Source of the DNA: Candidatus Bathyarchaeota archaeon
GTDB lineage: Archaea; Thermoproteota; Bathyarchaeia; Bathyarchaeales; Bathycorpusculaceae
NCBI GenBank assembly: GCA_016927015.1
Contig: JAFGNM010000117.1
Location: 29,182-93,181 of the forward strand
DNA: 64,000 nucleotides
Direction of reading: 5' to 3'
The position numbers and the translations under genes were made by a program. Below the pieces are notes generated by a model. That model had not been told where the DNA came from, searched no databases, and saw only the letters and a list, made by a program, of their open reading frames with translations. This document shows positions 9,760 to 16,200 of this stretch, one piece after another; positions within the stretch are counted from its first letter, which is position 1; each line of letters begins with the position of its first letter.

Positions 9760-9903
9760 CCACCTTAAATCTTGAATAAGCTGATGGATAATTATTAAAC
9801 GTATCCGATTCAGAGCATTTTTTGTAGCAGAGGTGATAGTGATTCTTGAATTAAGATTCTCAGTTCATAAGGCTTTTTTTGTGCCACATCTTTCTTTCTA
9901 AGG

Positions 9904-10521
9904 GTGGAAAATATGAGCTTAAAAAACATGCTTACTGGCAAATGGTTCGTTCGGTTAGTTATGATAAGCTGGATAATATGCGCAGTTTCTGTTATTGTTG
10001 TTTTTAGGAATATGGAACTAATAGTCCATGGGCAACTTTATGATTACGGTTTAGTCTTTAGTCCTGAATGGGCTGACGCTTATAGGGTTTTCACATGGTT
10101 GATTTTCGCGTGTTTAGGTCTGCCGATGGCGTTAAGCGGTATTGCTTTAGCTTCGACTTTTCTCAAAGTCGAGAGAATTCCGCAAAGAGCGAATATAGTT
10201 CCACAAAAGGCAGGGCCACCACGTGGGGTCGCCAACGTGGAGTCCCGACAAACCCAGCCAATCCAACAAACCCCGCAAACTCAGCAAACCGTTAAAGAAG
10301 CACCTAGCAGAGTTGATAACGGCAACTGTGTTGGAATTTCCTGCCCTGAATGCAAAAAAGTTTTTGGTAGGGCTCTGGTTATGCTAGATTTTCGCAGTGG
10401 ATCGAACCGAATGGTCAGCGTTTGCCCCTACTGCAATAATGTCTTGGGATACACGAGTGAAGAAAAAGGCAAAAATGAAAGCTTTCATGTTGCGACGCCC
10501 GACAAAAAAATAGTGCAGTGA
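9904..10521 (+). CDS. two-TM membrane protein with a YGLxFxxxWAxxY loop, a Q/P-rich linker and a C-terminal zinc ribbon
   Basis: 205 aa with two hydrophobic helices flanking LYDYGLVFSPEWADAY. A QTQPIQQTPQTQQT linker follows, then CPECKK...17 residues...CPYCNN. The start may be the ATG at 9913. Confidence 0.6.
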   Translation: MENMSLKNMLTGKWFVRLVMISWIICAVSVIVVFRNMELIVHGQLYDYGLVFSPEWADAYRVFTWLIFACLGLPMALSGIALASTFLKVERIPQRANIVPQKAGPPRGVANVESRQTQPIQQTPQTQQTVKEAPSRVDNGNCVGISCPECKKVFGRALVMLDFRSGSNRMVSVCPYCNNVLGYTSEEKGKNESFHVATPDKKIVQ

Positions 10522-10530
10522 CTTCTTTAA

Positions 10531-10851
10531 CTATTCTTTTTCTTTTAAAGCAGAAATGGGAAGCTCAACCGAGGATATCATAAGAATGGCTGCGATAATC
10601 AGGATCACGCTTAGTCTAGACAGCAGAAAGTACGGTTGAGCCCATCCATTATTAAAAATTAAGCCAAAGTAGTACAGCGCGCCATTAACCATCTGGTCAA
10701 CATAATAGATCATAATTGATGCGGTAAATAGTAAAACGTCTACAAGAATAACAAAGCCAATTCGAAGTTTAGACATTGCATCACTAGGTCGTTTTTTTAT
10801 AAACTGCAAACAAGCTTTATTTAGTTTTTTCTTGAAGTAAGTCAGATTCAA
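10531..10851 (-). CDS. small two-TM membrane protein, paralog of 9904-10521 and 47844-48119
   Basis: 106 aa. The loop LYYFGLIFNNGWAQPY lies between two hydrophobic helices. It is convergent with the previous gene. Confidence 0.55.
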   Translation of the reverse strand: MNLTYFKKKLNKACLQFIKKRPSDAMSKLRIGFVILVDVLLFTASIMIYYVDQMVNGALYYFGLIFNNGWAQPYFLLSRLSVILIIAAILMISSVELPISALKEKE

Positions 10852-11067
10852 TTGTAGCTGTTTTTTTTGGCGTTGTTATGTCTTTTAAAGTTGCTGGGAG
10901 TAGCTATAGGAGGTTCTCCTTTAATTTATCACTCGCCGTGTGGAATTTGCCGGAAGAGCTTTAGGTTTTTCTTTTTTTATTGTATTTCATCCTAAAAATG
11001 TTAATTTCTACTGTTAAGCTGCAAAAAAGCTTTTACGCTAAATGCATACAAAGTAGAGCGGATAACT

Positions 11068-12126
11068 ATGAGCGCTACAGATGAGTCACTGCAAACTATC
11101 TTGGATGATATTTTAAGGGAATATGTAAGTAACGGCATGAAATTAATGGATCCCGCTTTGAATGAAGAAATTCGTGTGTTGGTAAAATCAAAATTAGCGA
11201 ATGTTCTTCTTGAAAGGCTGAAATCAAGGGTTCTGGATAAATTAGACGTGAGCAAGGAAATCGAAAAAGAGTTTGAAGATGCTGTTCTCAGAACTTGGAG
11301 AAAACCGCTTGATTTGTTGGATTTACTTTTGAATATTTGCTTTGAAGTTGCTAACGATTTCACTTCAGAATATGGAAGAGGAGCCTCTTCAAAACACGGT
11401 TGCGTTCAGGCTGCTTTGGCGAGGCAGCAGGCGAATGCTTGTTTGGTTTTTAATGAAATACTGCATCTTCTTAAAAGTGGATTTCCCAGCGGGGCCCATT
11501 CGCATTGGAGAACCTTGCATGAACTGGCTTGTATGTCTTACTTTATTTCTAAGCATGGAGAAGAGATGGCGAAGAGATTTTTGGATTATGAAGCAGTTGA
11601 GGTTTATTTTCAAGCTGAGGCGATTTATGAGCACCAGCAGAAGATGGAGTGTACCTCTCTGTCAGAAAGCGATTTTAAAGCGTTGAAGAGGGAATTTAAG
11701 GAGATGGAGAAAACCTATGGTTCTGACTTTGTTAAAAAGGTTAATTATCCGTATGGTTGGGTGCCTCGCACGGTTCTTAAAACGCGTTCTTTTAAAGAAA
11801 TGGAGAAGTCAGTGGAACTTGATACGTTTAGACCTTATTACGATTTGGCTGGTTACAACGTGCATGGGGGACAAAACGGGCTTATATTCAAACTGGGAAT
11901 CATGAAAAATAAGAATAAGCGTGTGGTTATTCCTGTTGGGCCAAGCAATTATGGATTGGCGGATCCGGGTAAAAGTGCGGCTATTTCGCTGGGTCAGGTT
12001 ACGGCGTGTCTTTTGCTAGCTGAATCTGGTGTCAAGAGGTTGGTAATTGTTGAAGCCTTGCGCAATTTAGTTGATGAAATCTGCGATGCTTTCTGTGAAA
12101 TCCAAGCAGAGTTTAGCAAAGATTAA
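11068..12126 (+). CDS. hypothetical helical protein, possibly DUF5677-like
   Basis: 352-aa ORF with clean codon structure. From memory, the segment ANACLVFNEILHLLKSGFPSGAHSHWRTLHELACMSYFI resembles the central helix pair of DUF5677/AbiV-like proteins. Not verified. Confidence 0.55.
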   Translation: MSATDESLQTILDDILREYVSNGMKLMDPALNEEIRVLVKSKLANVLLERLKSRVLDKLDVSKEIEKEFEDAVLRTWRKPLDLLDLLLNICFEVANDFTSEYGRGASSKHGCVQAALARQQANACLVFNEILHLLKSGFPSGAHSHWRTLHELACMSYFISKHGEEMAKRFLDYEAVEVYFQAEAIYEHQQKMECTSLSESDFKALKREFKEMEKTYGSDFVKKVNYPYGWVPRTVLKTRSFKEMEKSVELDTFRPYYDLAGYNVHGGQNGLIFKLGIMKNKNKRVVIPVGPSNYGLADPGKSAAISLGQVTACLLLAESGVKRLVIVEALRNLVDEICDAFCEIQAEFSKD

Positions 12127-12323
12127 AAAATCTAGTGGCTTTGTCTATTGGAAGATTTTAGACGGCAACTGTTCAGGTTCTAGCTGTTTTCCAATCCCTG
12201 CTGAAAGGAATCTAATGTTATTTTATGTGGTTTATTCTCTTCGCGTATATTGACATTTTTCAAAATAGGAGTCCCAGAAACTTTGGCTAAACATCATTGC
12301 CTCGCGGAATAATCTGTTTAGCT

Positions 12324-12485
12324 TTACATTTTGCAGTCTCTGTTGTCTTCCTTGGTTTTGCATTGTTCACAGAGGTCAGAAGGCGGTTCTACAGAGGTCT
12401 TTTGGTAGATGTACATTGGATACTGTGTGCAGTTCTTGCACCAATGCCACTTGTCGCTGTCGCTTCCTCTAACATACTCCACCAT
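12324..12485 (-). CDS. small Cys-rich zinc-ribbon protein (53 aa, below the ORF-track cutoff)
   Basis: Hand translation gives MVEYVRGSDSDKWHWCKNCTQYPMYIYQKTSVEPPSDLCEQCKTKEDNRDCKM*. It has two CxxC pairs 24 residues apart. The overlapping plus-strand ORF 12297-12509 looks like its shadow. Confidence 0.4.
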   Translation of the reverse strand: MVEYVRGSDSDKWHWCKNCTQYPMYIYQKTSVEPPSDLCEQCKTKEDNRDCKM

Positions 12486-12574
12486 TCTTTATCATCTCTT
12501 GACATATAGTCAGCAAAACTAGTTTTTATTGCTTGTGAATAGTGGGTGGTGTGGGTTGGGGTGTGTTTATATGG

Positions 12575-12606
12575 TTTGTTTATACGTTTTGTTTATACGG
12601 GTGGTT
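12575..12606 (+). repeat. GT-rich block with tandem TTTGTTTATAYG units (partner of 8639-8670)
   Basis: TTTGTTTATACGTTTTGTTTATACGGGTGGTT, preceded by a third degenerate unit (GTGTTTATATGG) and GT-rich sequence starting at about 12541. It sits immediately upstream of the GC-rich RHH-like ORF. Confidence 0.7.
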
Positions 12607-12608
12607 GT

Positions 12609-12950
12609 GTGGTTAAGGTGTTTAAGGGTTTCAGGTTTGATCCTGAGCTTTATGGTGAGTTTAGGCGGTTGGCTGTTGCGGGTGGCGTTACGGTTACGGG
12701 TGTGTTTGAGCGGTTTATGAGCGTGTGTGTTGAGGCTGATGCGGTGGTTTTTCCTGAGCGCGGGGTGGCGGGGTTAGAGGCTGAGGCGCGTGTTCTGGTT
12801 GATTGGTTGCGGAAGGGGAAGCGTTTTTACCGTGGGGGTGGCGGTGTGGACGTGAATATTGCTGGGCGGCTGGTTTGGTTGCTGTCGAGGGTGCGTGATG
12901 CGGATTTGAAAGCGCAGATGGAGAAAGTGTTGAAGGCGTCAGTTCCGTGA
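12609..12950 (+). CDS. small ribbon-helix-helix (CopG-like) DNA-binding protein, GC-rich, probably of mobile-element origin
   Basis: From the GTG at 12609 the frame reads VKVFKGFRFDPELYGEFRRLAVAGGVTVTGVFERFM.... This is a beta-strand followed by helices, as in RHH proteins. G+C is clearly higher than in the flanks. The upstream part of the track ORF is translated GT-repeat. Confidence 0.5.
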   Translation: MVKVFKGFRFDPELYGEFRRLAVAGGVTVTGVFERFMSVCVEADAVVFPERGVAGLEAEARVLVDWLRKGKRFYRGGGGVDVNIAGRLVWLLSRVRDADLKAQMEKVLKASVP

Positions 12951-13013
12951 CAGTAACTAGCGGGTCTTTTCGAGCTTGCTATTTGAGAAGCAACGTTGAT
13001 AGCGTTGCTTGTA

Positions 13014-13049
13014 CTATTAGATTGGGGTTCGAATCCCTTCCCCGGCGCT
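13014..13049 (+). repeat. tRNA 3-prime-end-like fragment (T-arm GGGGTTCGAATCCC plus acceptor-like CCCCGG), copy 1
   Basis: ATTGGGGTTCGAATCCCTTCCCCGG at 13021-13045 is identical to 20369-20393. The canonical T-loop TTCGAAT is present. No matching 5-prime acceptor strand or D-arm was found upstream. Confidence 0.7.
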
Positions 13050-13209
13050 GTTTTTCATTTAGAGGCCTGTTTTAGGTTATTCTAGGTAAATTACCTTGTT
13101 TTGCTACAAACTCCGGGTTATTGGCTGCTTGAGAAATGGCGTTTCCTCGGATATATATTAAAATAATTGCTGCTACAAAAGCAATTTAGGAATAAGTGTT
13201 AAATATGCC

Positions 13210-16200
13210 TTGTTTCCGACCATGTACCGAGGGGGAGAGGTTCTGAATAAATGGGTTTGTGCTGTCTTAGGGATCTTTCTCATACTGCTGTTGTGTGGCA
13301 CTGAAGCCATTGCCCCTTTTGAAAATTTTATAAATGCAGATTTGCCGCAGTCGCAAACCAGTACGGGTTTAAAAAGTGTTGTTGAAAGTCTGACGGCTTA
13401 CACTTCTCCTCAGGATCAGGTGGATTCTGATGGAGACGGCATCTACGATAGAGTAGAGGTTGTTATAGGAACCGACTTAAACAATACCGATTCAGACTTT
13501 GATCAGCTAACTGATTCTTACGAGATAGATAACGATTTAGATCCTTTGAGTCCTGATTCGAACAATGACGGATTAGCTGACTACTACGAAGTAACCGACG
13601 TGCTTTCTCTTGATGTTGATGGAGACAACGTCCCTAATGCTTGGGACTTCGACAACGATGGAGATGGCGTAGACGATGGTCTAGACTTGTCTCCTTTTGC
13701 CAAATCCACTATAAACAAAAGCTTCCATTTTGACATCGCAACAAATGGTTTACCCACGTACATTACCTTTCAATTGAGGCCACAGAATCCGGAATACCTG
13801 AAGCTTGTGAACCAGTTTTGGAACTGGCCGACTGACAAAGAAGGGATAATGAAAGATCTGGACAACTCCATGGAGGACGTGCAGGTTGTTCCAATGCTCA
13901 ATCTAAGCGCAAATATTATCCCTGAAGAATCCGAGGTAATAAATTATGGGATAACTACGGAATCAAACCAAGCATACGTTCCATTATACTCGGTTGCTGA
14001 ATTTGGAAATGTTGTGGCTTTCAGCGGCAAAATGTTCTATCCACTCGGTCCTTCGCTAAACCTCTCCATGAACGCGGAGCTAATCTGGCAAGTTATAGGC
14101 AAATCCGACGTGAACACTACGGCTTTACTAGCTCAAAATGGAAAATATATTTCCGTATTTGGCAGTGGAACAGTTGTTGCTAATAGTAGCGAAATCAGTA
14201 TCGGAGAAACGTTACAGTGGGTGGATTTAGGCGCCAATACGGCGGCTTTTAGAGCCTTCAACGGACTGTACTTGTCGGTCGCAGATAACGGCGCGATAGT
14301 TGCTAACGCTAGCGAAATCGGCGACCGCGAGATGTTCGAGTTAAGTGATAATGCAGGCGGCAGAACAGCTCTCAAGGCATACAATAAAAAGTACTTGACT
14401 GTCAACAGCGACGGGACTTTGGCGGCAAGTGGTACCGGAAAAAAATGGAATTATTATTACAAGCGATGGGTGTCTTATTCCGATTTTAAAATGGCTAAAA
14501 CAGATGTGCTTTCAGAAAATTTGGTTCTAGCTACCTACAAAGAGCCATTTATGCTCACAGGTCTTACGGTTGAAGAAAACTACGGCTCTAGTTTCGGGTT
14601 GTTTTTCAGCCATGACAAGAACCAAACAATAGCAGCCAACATCTTACTAGCCTATAACTTTCTAAGAAATTCAACAACTCAATTATCAGAAATGCCCGCC
14701 ATACTTGCCGAATACGATTCGGAAGTTTTCAGTCAAATCGATTGGTTCGGACACAAGGATGAAGCTTTAATATCGCTTGCAACTGAGGCAATGCCAAACG
14801 TTCTGAATTCACTACACGCAGGTGCAGGCTCGCAAATTCTGCCCATAATAACATCAATGGAGGATCATTTTGCTAGTCTTGACATGGCACAATTGATATC
14901 AGGCTCATACGTTATGGGCTCATATTGCAATGCGACTCTGAATTACGAACCCGTTGTGACTTCGAAGAGCTTGAAAGTGGATTTGTATAACACCACCAGC
15001 TACGAAGCCCTTGAAATAGACGAAATAATGGTCGAAGTAGAGCAGTGGGAACAAGACGAGGAAGCATCCTTCCAATTAATGAGTATGATCGCAGCTTGGA
15101 ACGCTGGCGAGCAGTTCATCACAAGCGTTGGTTCAAATAAAACGGAGTTCGATTTTTTTGGCGACTATTTGAATATCTTTAAGGATGTAGCAAAATATGG
15201 CTTTAAGACTTTCAAAGCTTATTCGCAGGCGTTTCGCGGTTATGAAGCATACCGAATCGTTAGTAGTACATTAACAAAACTAACCAAACAAGGTTGGAGC
15301 ATCGGCGGAAAAACTTTAAGCAGCATGTTTAAAGTTTGGAAAGCAAATTTCAAAAGAATTGGATCCGCTAAAACTGGCACATTTGCCGCTTTCAAGAGGA
15401 TAGGTTATGTCTTAGACATGGTTGGAGCGCTCCTTGAGACGGGGATAGCACTCTACTCGCTATTCCAGATCCTCGACAGCGGCTTGACCCCGATGGGCTT
15501 AAACACAGCTCTATTGAAACTGCTAATGACATATTTTTATTCGATGACGCTTGCAATGATTGGCGTTATTCCTGTTGTTGGCTGGCTAATCTCTTTAGCA
15601 ATCGCGCTATCTGATCTTATAGGCAACTGGTCAGAGAAACTTTTCAACGCAATCTTAGCTGCAATGACAAAAGTCACAGCTCAAGTAGATCCAAGCATCA
15701 GCCTTGCAGGCGAACCTTCGCTGTCAATAATTGATAAAGACGGAAATGGACTGGACGTTGGCGACCGTATTGAATACTATGCACGCATGATTGGTAAGGT
15801 CTCCAGTTGGGATTCCTGGTGTTTGAGCAGCAGCTACATTCATCCTTATGTTAAAATAGTAAATCCAGCCGGAACCAACTCCACAGTGGAACCTTTCTCT
15901 GAGACCTTATGGGGTTTTATGGCCAAAGATCTTGGAAAAAAGGGGAACGATATTTGGCTTTGGCTTCCGATACCGCCGAAGAGCACTTGGAACGTTACTT
16001 CAGGTCCAGGATGGCGCGCGCAGGAATATGACGTGGGCGGATGGATAGAGCCTGGAATAGCTATGCCAAATTTCCCAGTAACTGTTCAAACATATGCAGA
16101 ATACGAGCTTGCATATAAGTGGAAGCACTTCGTTTTCCTCGTGTTCTATGGCTTTTGGTGCCATCATAAAGGTCGTAATGCAGGCATAATGAAGTCGCAG

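Noticed and set aside
9071-9775. ORFs 9071-9442 (+), 9179-9673 (-, other frame) and 9569-9775 (+)
   Set aside because: They are embedded in the UPF0104 gene, whose frame carries the family motifs. The alternative frames are Arg/His-rich or otherwise compositionally odd.
12297-12509. 70-aa plus-strand ORF
   Set aside because: It has no motif. It exactly covers the minus-strand four-Cys ORF, which has a more protein-like sequence. It was treated as a shadow, with low certainty either way.
12546-12608. N-terminal 21 residues of track ORF 12546-12950 (MVWVGVCLYGLFIRFVYTGGC)
   Set aside because: This is a translation of the G/T-only repeat block. The real start is more likely the GTG at 12609 or 12618. 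The same reasoning applies to 25609-25710.
12985-13049. Possible intact tRNA: the hairpin AAGCAACG-TTGATAG-CGTTGCTT (7-nt loop with a GAT anticodon-like triplet) lies upstream of the T-arm fragment
   Set aside because: The stem is 8 bp instead of 5, and 13 nt separate it from the T-stem. No 5-prime acceptor strand complementary to CCCCGGC and no D-arm is present. A tRNA was not called; tRNAscan-SE should confirm.
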